Assembly (NCBI GenBank): GCA_965261105.1
Contig: CBDHCM010000006.1
Span: 4,521,839-4,585,838 of the forward strand
Source: Candidatus Aldehydirespirator sp.
Lineage (GTDB): Bacteria; Actinomycetota; Acidimicrobiia; Acidimicrobiales; Aldehydirespiratoraceae
Length of the DNA: 64,000 nucleotides
Direction of reading: 5' to 3'
Shown here: positions 27,802 to 36,040 of the stretch, piece by piece
Layout: each line of letters starts with the position of its first letter
Numbering within the stretch: the first letter of the stretch is position 1
Notes under the pieces: generated by a model
What the model was told of the DNA's origin: nothing
The model's input: only the letters and a program-made list of their open reading frames with translations
Databases searched by the model: none
Made by a program: the position numbers and the translations under genes

Positions 27802-27999
27802 ATGAGGGTCCGCGTCGATCAAGAGGCCTGCCAGGGCCACAATCGCTGCTACATGTTGGCGCCCGAGCTGTTCGATGTGGACGACGAGGGCACCGCGTTC
27901 GAGATCGGCGACGGCCAGGTGCCCCCCGAGCTGGAGGACAAGGCCCGGCTGGCCTTTGACAACTGCCCCGAGTACGCGGTGGAGATCATCGAAGACTGA
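27802..27999 (+). CDS. small single-cluster ferredoxin
   Basis: 65 aa: MRVRVDQEACQGHNRCYMLAPELFDVDDEG...DNCPEYAVEI, the pattern of actinobacterial 3Fe-4S/4Fe-4S ferredoxins. Confidence 0.8.
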   Translation: MRVRVDQEACQGHNRCYMLAPELFDVDDEGTAFEIGDGQVPPELEDKARLAFDNCPEYAVEIIED

Positions 28000-28067
28000 C
28001 CTGGAGTTCAGCGGTCCTTGAGGTTCGCGAACTGACCTGGAAATCAGCGGTCCTTGAGGTTCGCGAG
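27996..28067. repeat. 2 x 36-bp tandem repeat duplicating the 3' end of the permease gene
   Basis: ctgacctgga(gt/aa)tcagcggtccttgaggttcgcga(a/g) twice. The first copy overlaps the ferredoxin stop; the second contains the permease stop. Confidence 0.9.
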
Positions 28068-29165
28068 CGGATGGCCGGTGCTGGTGGTCGCGGCCACGGC
28101 CGCGCAGGCCACCACGAGCACCGCGGTTGCGAGACCGGTGCCGAGCCAGCCGTGCAAGATCGAATCGGGATGGTAGCCGATGGCCAGCAGCCTGGCGGCG
28201 GCCGCGCCCACGACGGCCCCGGCGCCGGCCCCGACTGCCATCTCGATGGCGATCATCAGTCGGATGTCGTCTGGAGGCAGGCCCAGTGAGCGGTAGAGGG
28301 CGACCTCGGAGCGACGCGTCCACACAACGAATCGGCCGATAGCACCGAACGCCACCGCCACCGCCCACCAGGCGTGGCGGCTGAGCCGGGATCGGTGCTC
28401 CTCGAACGGCGACGCCACCAAGTCGGCGCCGGGCAGCACTCGTCGAAGGGCCGTGTCGCTGCGGCCGAAGGCGGCGCGCAGCGCTGACGCCAGATTCAGC
28501 GCGTTGGGCTCGAGCGCGACGATGCAGACGTCGCCAGTGCCGATTGGTGCCTCCGCGCCTATGACGGCGCCAACGAACCCTGGTGAGACCGTCCCCAGTG
28601 GTGCCTCCAGCACCCGTCGCCGGCCGTGGCCGCCCAGTCCGAGCGTTCGGCCCGACTCAAGCCCGAGGCGCTCGAAGCCGATCTCATCTGCGAGGAGATG
28701 GGCCGGATCGGGCTCGGGGCCATGCCCGACCGATCCGATCGCCGCGTACATTCCCGGAGTCACGCCGGTGACCTCGATCGTTGCACCGAGGTTTGCTGCC
28801 TCAACCTCGGTGACGGTGCCGGTCGCACCGGCGGCCGTCACTCCGGGCACGCCGTTGAGGCGCTCGCACGCCCGCTGGCTCAAGGGCTGGGGCCGGCCGG
28901 CGGGGTCTTCAGACACCGGGTCGACCGCGAACAGGTAACCGCCTCGGGCTCGGAAGTCCTCGAAATCATGTCGTGCCGACTCGGCTGATCGGGCCTCGGC
29001 CGTCGCGGCAATCGCGACCGCGGCTGCGGCCGCCAGCACTAGCAGCACGGTGCCGGCCCTGCCGGTCTCCAGGTTCTTGAGTGCCTCGCGGGCCAGGCGA
29101 CCAAGGCGGCTGCTCTTGGCGACTCGCGGCATCTCATACTCGGCGCTGTCCGGTTGATCAGCCAT
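28044..29165 (-). CDS. FtsX-like ABC transporter permease
   Basis: N-terminal helix after LGRLAREALKNLETGRAGTVLLVL, large extracytoplasmic loop, C-terminal FtsX-like helices. Start at ATG 29165 (MADQPD) overlaps the ATPase stop. Confidence 0.75.
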   Translation of the reverse strand: MADQPDSAEYEMPRVAKSSRLGRLAREALKNLETGRAGTVLLVLAAAAAVAIAATAEARSAESARHDFEDFRARGGYLFAVDPVSEDPAGRPQPLSQRACERLNGVPGVTAAGATGTVTEVEAANLGATIEVTGVTPGMYAAIGSVGHGPEPDPAHLLADEIGFERLGLESGRTLGLGGHGRRRVLEAPLGTVSPGFVGAVIGAEAPIGTGDVCIVALEPNALNLASALRAAFGRSDTALRRVLPGADLVASPFEEHRSRLSRHAWWAVAVAFGAIGRFVVWTRRSEVALYRSLGLPPDDIRLMIAIEMAVGAGAGAVVGAAAARLLAIGYHPDSILHGWLGTGLATAVLVVACAAVAATTSTGHPLANLKDR

Positions 29166-29814
29166 AGCGGGCAAGGCCGGCAGCCGACAGGCGGAAGCGA
29201 TGCTCGCATTGGCGCGCGACCTGCTCGTCATGGGTCACTATCAGCACGGTCGTGCGGGCCGGCCGGCGGTTCACCAGCGCGTCCACAACGTTGGCCGTGC
29301 TGTGCTCGTCGAGTTGGCCCGATGGCTCGTCGGCAAGGATGAAGGGGCGTCCGGCAGCGAGGGCCCGAGCCACTCCCAGCCGTTGCAGCTCGCCGCCTGA
29401 GAGCCGCCGGGCACGGTCATGGCGGCGCGGCGCGATCCCGACTGCGTGCAGAGCCTCCTCCGCCCGGCAGCGGGCCTCCTCGGTCCCGATGCCGAACAGG
29501 CGAAGCGGATCCGCCACATTGTCGAGCACCGACCTGTTGGCGAAGGCGTTCGATGTCTGGAACACCCACGACACCAGGCGAGTCTTTGGAGCGGGCCGCT
29601 CTTCGCCATCGAGCGCAGCACGGCCCTCGCGTGGTGCGAGGAGCCCCCCAAGAATGGACAACAGCGTCGTCTTGCCAACGCCCGACGGGCCCATTATGGC
29701 TGCACTGGCGGGATGCTCGACAAGCAGGTGCAGTCCACGGAACACCCAGCGGTCCCCGTAGCGATGCCCTAGGCCGGAGGCTTGCAGAGCCGGCTTGGGC
29801 GGCGCGGACATCAC
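29158..29814 (-). CDS. ABC transporter ATP-binding protein (MacB/LolD-like)
   Basis: Walker A GPSGVGKTT, signature LSGGELQRLGVARAL, Walker B FILADEPSGQLD. Confidence 0.92.
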   Translation of the reverse strand: MMSAPPKPALQASGLGHRYGDRWVFRGLHLLVEHPASAAIMGPSGVGKTTLLSILGGLLAPREGRAALDGEERPAPKTRLVSWVFQTSNAFANRSVLDNVADPLRLFGIGTEEARCRAEEALHAVGIAPRRHDRARRLSGGELQRLGVARALAAGRPFILADEPSGQLDEHSTANVVDALVNRRPARTTVLIVTHDEQVARQCEHRFRLSAAGLARYG

Positions 29815-29871
29815 GCTGGGCTGCCCGCAGGCACGGGACGCAGCTTCTCGGGTGGTTTCGCAGCGGGCATC

Positions 29872-30981
29872 TCAACACGAATAGGCGGCCACGGAGGGAT
29901 TCACGACCACTTGAAGCTCGAAGTCGAGCGCGGGCTCGATCTCGGTCACGCCCCCAACGCCGCCGGTCACGGCAACACCGAGGACGTCGCCCTGGCGCGA
30001 CACGACGCAGGTGGCGCCGTCGGGGCCCAGGATCACCGCTGCCGTTGGGACGGTTTGCAGGCGCCTGGGCTCCGCCAGCCGCACGACTCCTACGCTGGGA
30101 TCACTCGTTCCGAAACCGAGCTGCCCGGGTACTTCGGCCAGGGCCGGACTCGCGGCCCTGGCAGGACGGAGGCGGTCGGCAAGCGCGATCAGCGCGTCGG
30201 GGTCGCCGATCGCGCCGTCGGCGGAGACCGGTACAACCAGAGTGTCAGGGATCTCGAACACGATGGATCCCTCGGGCAGTACGAGACTGGAGCCCTGCGT
30301 GAGCGACACGACCGACGCGCCGGCAAGAGTCGCCTCGCCGGTCGCGATGAGGGTCTCGGCTTCAAGGAATGTGTTCACGTCCACCTCCACCCTGTCGATC
30401 ATGAAGGACTGCTCGGGTACCCAAACGACGTATTCCGGTTTGAAGATGCCGCTCTTTGGCCATCCGTATCGCTTCTCAAAATGTCGAACGGCAGACATGA
30501 ACAGCTCGTCGACTTCATTCTGGCCGGACAGTTCGCCAGATATGCCGAGGTCTGTCAGCAGGTCGGCTACGGCTTGAACATCGCCGCCTGCAGATCCCGG
30601 TGTAAGATTGCGCCAAAGCGGTTTCTCGGAAGTTATCGCCGGACGCTCAATGCCATTGACCTCGATCACAGCATCACCTTGGACTATTGGGTCGCCTGAC
30701 AAGACGACAGAGGTCACTCTGCCTTGTATCACTCCGCTGTTGATAACTGGCGTATTGTTCCAGATGCCCCGTACCCTGGCTAGCTGCCGTTCTGTAGTGG
30801 AGGACGTACCAATTGCCGCCAGTAGTGGCTCAGGCTCAGGATCGATTCCCCGCACTGGACCGAGCGTGTCCCGCATCAACACCAGAAGCAGTCCGCCGAT
30901 GACCGCTCCGATACCAGCGCCGAGAAGGAAGCCTCTTGAACCGAAAGACCTTGAACCTTCTTCGCTTCGCGACACCATCAC
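29872..30981 (-). CDS. membrane-anchored periplasmic-adaptor-like protein with a peptidoglycan-binding-like segment
   Basis: N-terminal TM helix (FLLGAGIGAVIGGLLLVL). GDVQAVADLLTDLGISGE...FMSAVRHFEKRYGWP resembles a PG_binding_1 insert. Sits in the ABC/FtsX operon. Confidence 0.55.
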   Translation of the reverse strand: MMVSRSEEGSRSFGSRGFLLGAGIGAVIGGLLLVLMRDTLGPVRGIDPEPEPLLAAIGTSSTTERQLARVRGIWNNTPVINSGVIQGRVTSVVLSGDPIVQGDAVIEVNGIERPAITSEKPLWRNLTPGSAGGDVQAVADLLTDLGISGELSGQNEVDELFMSAVRHFEKRYGWPKSGIFKPEYVVWVPEQSFMIDRVEVDVNTFLEAETLIATGEATLAGASVVSLTQGSSLVLPEGSIVFEIPDTLVVPVSADGAIGDPDALIALADRLRPARAASPALAEVPGQLGFGTSDPSVGVVRLAEPRRLQTVPTAAVILGPDGATCVVSRQGDVLGVAVTGGVGGVTEIEPALDFELQVVVNPSVAAYSC

Positions 30982-30991
30982 TACGGTAGCA

Positions 30992-31618
30992 TCAACAGGC
31001 GTTCGTCTGCAGCAGACGCATGTACTGGTCGAACCAGCCGGCCTCGGGTGACCCTATTGCCATCTCAGCATCCTGCAACGTGGGCGGGGAGCCGACGATG
31101 CCGTTGGCCTCCAGGCATGGATGAACTTCGCTGCTCCAGATCTCAAGGAACTGGGCGTCTCGTTGAGCTCTCACCGCAGGGCTGCCTTGGAACACGATGT
31201 CGACGAACATGTAGTGTTGCTCATAGCAGGACTCGACCCGGCCAGAATCGATTGTGCGGGAGTTGAAGTGCATCTCTCCCGTCTGGGGGTCCGCGCGGAC
31301 GTCCATAAGGTCTGTGCCCGCTTCTCTCACACACTGGCGGAACGCGTCGAAAGCGCGGCGATACTCTTCTGTGGTGACAACGTCATCATCCAACAGAGCC
31401 TGCTGTTCCGGTGAGGCTGTGCTCCGTAATTGCGCTAGAAGATCCTGACCGAATATGTCCTCTAGATTTTCGGCCGTATCATCGGATGAGGAGCCGTCGG
31501 CGGATGAGCCACAGCTCGCTAGCATGGACGCCGACAAGAGAACAGCCGCGATCCCTGTGAGAGATCGTGCCTTAAACAAGCGCGGTATCCGAACCAGTGA
31601 GCAATCACTGAGTGTCAA
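30992..31618 (-). CDS. lipoprotein of unknown function
   Basis: Signal peptide with lipobox ...AAVLLSASMLASCGSS. AT-richer than backbone. TTG start at the ISL3 junction. Confidence 0.6.
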   Translation of the reverse strand: MTLSDCSLVRIPRLFKARSLTGIAAVLLSASMLASCGSSADGSSSDDTAENLEDIFGQDLLAQLRSTASPEQQALLDDDVVTTEEYRRAFDAFRQCVREAGTDLMDVRADPQTGEMHFNSRTIDSGRVESCYEQHYMFVDIVFQGSPAVRAQRDAQFLEIWSSEVHPCLEANGIVGSPPTLQDAEMAIGSPEAGWFDQYMRLLQTNAC

Positions 31619-31624
31619 GTTCTT

Positions 31625-32979
31625 GAGCCTTCGCGGAAACGTGGGGAGCGGGGTGGTTGAGGGTCCCTGAGTAGGGGTCGAGGCCCTGCTGGAATCGGTG
31701 ATTGTGAGATCAACGATCCAGGAGGGCCCCGATGGCTTGCGATGTTATGACAGTTCGGCTGCACTTGGCGCAGATCCGTGTGCTGGAGGTGGTCGAGGAC
31801 ACCCCGGGCGCGCTCAGGGTGAGCGTCGAGTCCACGTTCAGGAGGCTGCGCTGCCCGCAGTGCGGGTTCAAGTGCCGCCGGGTGCATGACCGCCGCGACA
31901 AGAAGATCCGCGACCTGGAGGTGTCGGGACGGCGCACCGTGTTGGTGTGGTCGCGGCGCAGGATGGTGTGCGACAACTGCGACAGCCGCTTCTTGGAGGA
32001 CCATCCCGCGTTCGAGGGCGCGCTGACGGGGCGTCTGGCGCGTCGGCTGGTCGCTGACGCGAAGGTGATGACGTTCAGCGCGGCGGCGCGCCGCCACGGT
32101 GTGCACTGGCACGGTGTGCGCGCCCTGGTGGACGTCTGGTCGGCTCTGGTCGCTGAGCGGCGCCGCAGCCGCCGCTGCTCGGTGCTGTTGGTCGATGAGA
32201 CCTCGATGCGCAAACGGCACCGCTATGTGACCGTGATCGTCAACGGCGACACCGGCCGGACCCTGGCGATGGTCGAGCACCGCAACGCGGCTGCGCTGTC
32301 AGCGTTTTTGATGCAGCAGGGACATCGCTGGTGCAAGCAGGTCAAGGTGGTGGTCAGCGACGGATCGCGCGCCTACAAGGCGGCCATCGACGCCCACCTC
32401 GGCCACGCCCGCCATGTGCTGGACCGGTTCCATGTCATCAGATGGTTCGCGGCCGCTCTCACCCAGGTGCGCCGCGACGTCCAGCGCCGAGAGCCCCACG
32501 GCGTCAAGCCCGCCTTCGACCCCGAGGTGTTCCGGGCCCGGTTCGCGCTGCTGCGCAGAGGCGACACCCTCACCGACACCGACCGCGCCCGCCTCGACAA
32601 GCTGTTCGACGCCCACCCCCGCCTCAAAGCCGGCTGGCAGGCCCTGCAGGAGCTCCACGGCCTCTACACCGCCGACGACTATGACGGCGCCCTGGAAGCC
32701 CTCGGACGGTTCTGCGACCTCTACGAGACCGGCGAGCTGCCCGAGTACCACGACACCGTCGACACGTTCATCGCCTGGTCAGACGAGATCCTCAACTGGC
32801 ACTGTGCCGGCCGCCCCTCCAACGGCAGAATCGAGGGCACCAACAACCTCCTACAAGTCCTGCGCCGAAGCGCCCACGGGTTCACCAACCCACGCAACTT
32901 CGAAGCCCGCGGCATCCTCGTGACATAATGACCCCAACCGGTGCCAGCAACCCTCAATCCCACACTTACGCGAAGGGCC
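31625..32979 (+). mobile_element. ISL3-family insertion sequence with 8-bp target duplication
   Basis: Ends gagccttcgcggaaacgtgggga and tcccacacttacgcgaagggcc (imperfect inverted repeat). aagttctt at 31617-31624 and 32980-32987. Confidence 0.85.
31732..32928 (+). CDS. ISL3-family transposase
   Basis: RLRCPQCGFKCRRVHDRRDKKIRDLEVSGRRTVLVWSRRRMVCDNC zinc-ribbon N-terminus and a DDE region typical of ISL3. Confidence 0.9.
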   Translation: MACDVMTVRLHLAQIRVLEVVEDTPGALRVSVESTFRRLRCPQCGFKCRRVHDRRDKKIRDLEVSGRRTVLVWSRRRMVCDNCDSRFLEDHPAFEGALTGRLARRLVADAKVMTFSAAARRHGVHWHGVRALVDVWSALVAERRRSRRCSVLLVDETSMRKRHRYVTVIVNGDTGRTLAMVEHRNAAALSAFLMQQGHRWCKQVKVVVSDGSRAYKAAIDAHLGHARHVLDRFHVIRWFAAALTQVRRDVQRREPHGVKPAFDPEVFRARFALLRRGDTLTDTDRARLDKLFDAHPRLKAGWQALQELHGLYTADDYDGALEALGRFCDLYETGELPEYHDTVDTFIAWSDEILNWHCAGRPSNGRIEGTNNLLQVLRRSAHGFTNPRNFEARGILVT

Positions 32980-33082
32980 AAGTTCTTGACTTTCGTCGAC
33001 CTGTCGTTGGCCATCTGTCAGGATCCACGGGCGGCCGCTGATGGCGATCATCAAAAGGTGCTCGCTGCCTCGGTGTACTCAT
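32966..33082 (-). CDS. possible small ORF upstream of the lipoprotein gene, 3' end now inside ISL3
   Basis: aggagg, 8 nt, then ATG 33082: MSTPRQRAPFDDRHQRPPVDPDRWPTTGRRKSRT. The pre-insertion stop overlapped the lipoprotein TTG as TTGA; the frame now reads WPFA-stop in the IS end. Confidence 0.25.
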   Translation of the reverse strand: MSTPRQRAPFDDRHQRPPVDPDRWPTTGRRKSRTWPFA

Positions 33083-33274
33083 GGTGACGACCTCCTAGTC
33101 GCGTGCCTTGGTGGCTTGTGCTGATGGAGTTTCTACCTCCAAGAGGTAGTTCACTCAACGCCGACAGCGGCCACATTCTGGCCATTGCACAATCGACTGC
33201 GGCCATGAGCGGTCACGACACGGCCAGTAAACGGCCATCGAGCGGAGGTCCTGAGCGCTGTGCTGAACACTTAG

Positions 33275-33430
33275 CCTGGATCCACCGGCGCGGTGGGGTT
33301 TGTGGGGTTGGCGCGTCCACCAGAAAGGCCTCCTGACGTGGGAGAATACTGTTAATGACGACAGTTGTGCCAGCTGCGTGGGGAGGCACTTGCTGTGGGG
33401 AGCACAGCGGGCGGGATCGACGGGTTGGAC
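33275..33430 (+). mobile_element. solo end (about 156 bp) of the IS1380-family element
   Basis: cctggatccaccggcgcggtggggtttgtggggttgg...gggcgggatcgacgggttgga is near-identical to the reverse complement of 14500-14656. Homology stops after the first few transposase codons. Confidence 0.8.
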
Positions 33431-33562
33431 AGCGCCTCGAATGCCCGAGCCGCAGTGCTCGGCGCAGGGGCGGTCTGCATCCCGCTGGCCTTTGCCGGCC
33501 CGGCCCGGTTAGTGTCGGCGTCCCTCGCGTCCGCAGCCCACCCATAGGGAGGAACCGTCAGC

Positions 33563-35608
33563 GTGTCGTCGCAATCCATCAGAAACGTCGTCCTCGTCGG
33601 CCACAACGGCAACGGCAAGACCACCCTGGCCGAGGCGATGCTGTACCGGGCCGGCGTGGTGGGCCGGATGGGCCGTGTCGACGACGGCACCGCCCACTGC
33701 GACTATGACCCCGAGGAGAAGGCTCGCCACCAGAGCCTGAGCCTGTCGGTGGCGTCGTTCGACTGGCGCGACCACAGGATCAACGTCATCGACACGCCGG
33801 GCTACACCGACTTCGTGGGCGAGGCCGTCAACGGCATGCACGCGGCCGATCTGGCGGTGTTCGTGGTGGACGCCGTGTCGGGGGTCCAAGCCCAGGACCA
33901 GGTCATGTGGCGCCACGCCGAACGGTTGGGCGTGCCCCGCATAGTGTTCGTGAACGGCCTCGACCGCGAGCGCTCATCGTTCGAGCGCACTCTGGACGAC
34001 CTGCGGTCGCACTTCGGCGCCCATGTGGAGGCGGTGGAGCTCCCGCTCGGCGCGGAGGCCTCGTTCCACGGCATCGCCGATCTCGTGGGCGATGGCGCCC
34101 TCGACTACAGCAGCGGGCAGTCGGCGGCCGCCTCCGTCCCCGACGACCTGGCCGACGTCGCGTCCGACAGCCACATCCAGCTGGTGGAGGAAGTCGTCGA
34201 GGGCGACGACGAGCTGCTGGAGCAGTACCTGGAGGGGGTCGAGCCCACCCAGGAACAGCTGGAGCGGCTGATCCACGAAGCGGTCGACCATCGCAGCGTG
34301 TTCCCGGTGCTGTGCGGCTCGGCCGCCAAACCCATAGGCGTGGACCACCTTCTCGACTTCATCTGCAGGGTCGGCCCGGCGCCGGGCGAGACGGGCCCGG
34401 CCGAGGGAGTTCGCGGCGGTGAGCCCGTAGAGGTGGCCATCGACGCGGGCGGCTCGCCGGTGGCTCTGGTGTTCAAGACCAAAGTCGACGACTTCTTGGG
34501 GCAGATCTCGTTCATGAAGGTGCTGTCGGGCACGATCCGGTCCAACGACACCCTGGTGAACAGCCGCACCGGCGACAAGGACCGGCTCCACAACCTGATG
34601 TTGTTCACCGGTGCCGAGCACCACGCCATGAACCAAGCCTCCGCGGGCGACATCGTGGCCGCCACCAAGCTCGGCGACGTACGCACCGGTGACACGCTGG
34701 CCGACGACACCGCCCTCACGGTTCCCATAACCCCGCCGCCGACACCGGTGTACGGCGTGGCCATCCACGCTTCGGCGCCCGCCCAGGAGGACAAGCTGGC
34801 CTCGGCGCTGCGCCGCTTCGCGGTGGAGGATCCCAGTCTCGTCATTCGCCAGGACGCCACCACCCGCCAGACGGTGCTGTCGGGCGGCGGCGAGGCCCAC
34901 ATCCGGGTGGTGCGGGCCCGCTTGGAGCGCATGGGCATCGATTTCGAGATCGAGGGCCTGCGGATCGCGTACCTGGAGACGCTGGCCCGGCCCGCGGACG
35001 TGGAGGCCAAGCACAAGAAGCAGAGCGGCGGCCACGGGCAGTTCGCGGTGGCCATGGTGCGATTTGAGCCGCTGGCGCGGGGCACCGGCTACGAGTTCGA
35101 AAGCGAGGTGACCGGCGGCTCCATCCCCCGGGGCCTGATCCCCGCGGTGGGAGCCGGGATCGCGGAGGCCATGGCCAACGGAGGCAGGCACGGCTTCCCG
35201 ATGGTGGACCTGCGGGCGGTGTGCTACGACGGCAAGTTCCACTCGGTGGACTCATCGGAGATGAGCTTCAAGATCGCCGGGTCCCACGCCCTCAAGCAGG
35301 CGGTGGAGCAGGCCGGCAGCGCAGTGCTGGAGCCGGTCAGCGAGGTCCGCGTCGAGGTCCCCGACGCCTACCAGGGCGACGTGCTCGGCGATCTGAACTC
35401 CCGCCGGGGCCAGGTGTTCGGCACCGAGCCCGGCTCGACCGCGGGCGCCAGCGTGATCCGCGCCCGCGTGCCCACATCGGAGATCCTCAGCTACGTGATC
35501 GACCTGCGCTCGATGACTGGTGGCACCGGCACCTTCAGCGCCGAGCATTGCGACTACCAGCCGCTGCCCCACGCCCTGCTGGCCAAGGTCATGGCCAGCG
35601 ACGACTGA
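33563..35608 (+). CDS. elongation factor G paralogue (EF-G2-like GTPase)
   Basis: IRNVVLVGHNGNGKTTLAEAML (G1), VIDTPGYTDF (G3), EF-G domains II-V downstream. GTG start. Confidence 0.88.
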   Translation: MSSQSIRNVVLVGHNGNGKTTLAEAMLYRAGVVGRMGRVDDGTAHCDYDPEEKARHQSLSLSVASFDWRDHRINVIDTPGYTDFVGEAVNGMHAADLAVFVVDAVSGVQAQDQVMWRHAERLGVPRIVFVNGLDRERSSFERTLDDLRSHFGAHVEAVELPLGAEASFHGIADLVGDGALDYSSGQSAAASVPDDLADVASDSHIQLVEEVVEGDDELLEQYLEGVEPTQEQLERLIHEAVDHRSVFPVLCGSAAKPIGVDHLLDFICRVGPAPGETGPAEGVRGGEPVEVAIDAGGSPVALVFKTKVDDFLGQISFMKVLSGTIRSNDTLVNSRTGDKDRLHNLMLFTGAEHHAMNQASAGDIVAATKLGDVRTGDTLADDTALTVPITPPPTPVYGVAIHASAPAQEDKLASALRRFAVEDPSLVIRQDATTRQTVLSGGGEAHIRVVRARLERMGIDFEIEGLRIAYLETLARPADVEAKHKKQSGGHGQFAVAMVRFEPLARGTGYEFESEVTGGSIPRGLIPAVGAGIAEAMANGGRHGFPMVDLRAVCYDGKFHSVDSSEMSFKIAGSHALKQAVEQAGSAVLEPVSEVRVEVPDAYQGDVLGDLNSRRGQVFGTEPGSTAGASVIRARVPTSEILSYVIDLRSMTGGTGTFSAEHCDYQPLPHALLAKVMASDD

Positions 35609-35650
35609 CAACGACGCCTGACACCTAGTGGCAGCGGCTCGACCTCTCAG

Positions 35651-35725
35651 CGCGCTCGAAGGGACTCGAACCCCCAACCTTCTGATCCGTAGTCAGATGC
35701 TCTATCCAAATTGAGCTACGAGCGC
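35651..35725 (-). tRNA. tRNA-Arg (anticodon ACG)
   Basis: Hand-folded: GCGCTCG acceptor, D-arm GCTCAATTTGGATAGAGC, anticodon stem-loop TCTGA-CTACGGA-TCAGA, T-arm GGGGGTTCGAGTCCC. Confidence 0.9.
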
Positions 35726-36040
35726 TGGGGGCGCGCCAGTGTACGCCGCCGCAGGGCGAGGGGCTACGGGGATCGATGTCCGGCCACGATGGCCTTGCGC
35801 TCGGAAGGGCTGGGAGCGCGGCCCAGGAAGATCTCGAAGCAGGCCGCGGACGATTCGCCACGGCCGTCCGTCGGCGCCTCACCGTCGTCGTGCCATCCCA
35901 TCCGTGTGCCGTGCCATCCCATCTGTGTGCAGTAGAGGGTTTGGGCCCGACGCGGCGTCATCGCCAAGCCGTGGCCAGTGGAGAGTCGGCTATACACATA
36001 GGGCCGCCTTACACATGGGGCCGCCTTGAAGGGAGTCCGA

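Noticed and set aside
35890-36025. Short local duplications upstream of ilvE (gtgccatcccatc(c/t)gtgtgc twice; acat(a/g)gggccgcctt twice) as a possible leader or attenuator
   Set aside because: No leader peptide rich in branched-chain codons or terminator/antiterminator pairing could be traced. I treat it as another example of the tandem-duplication tendency rather than a defined regulator.
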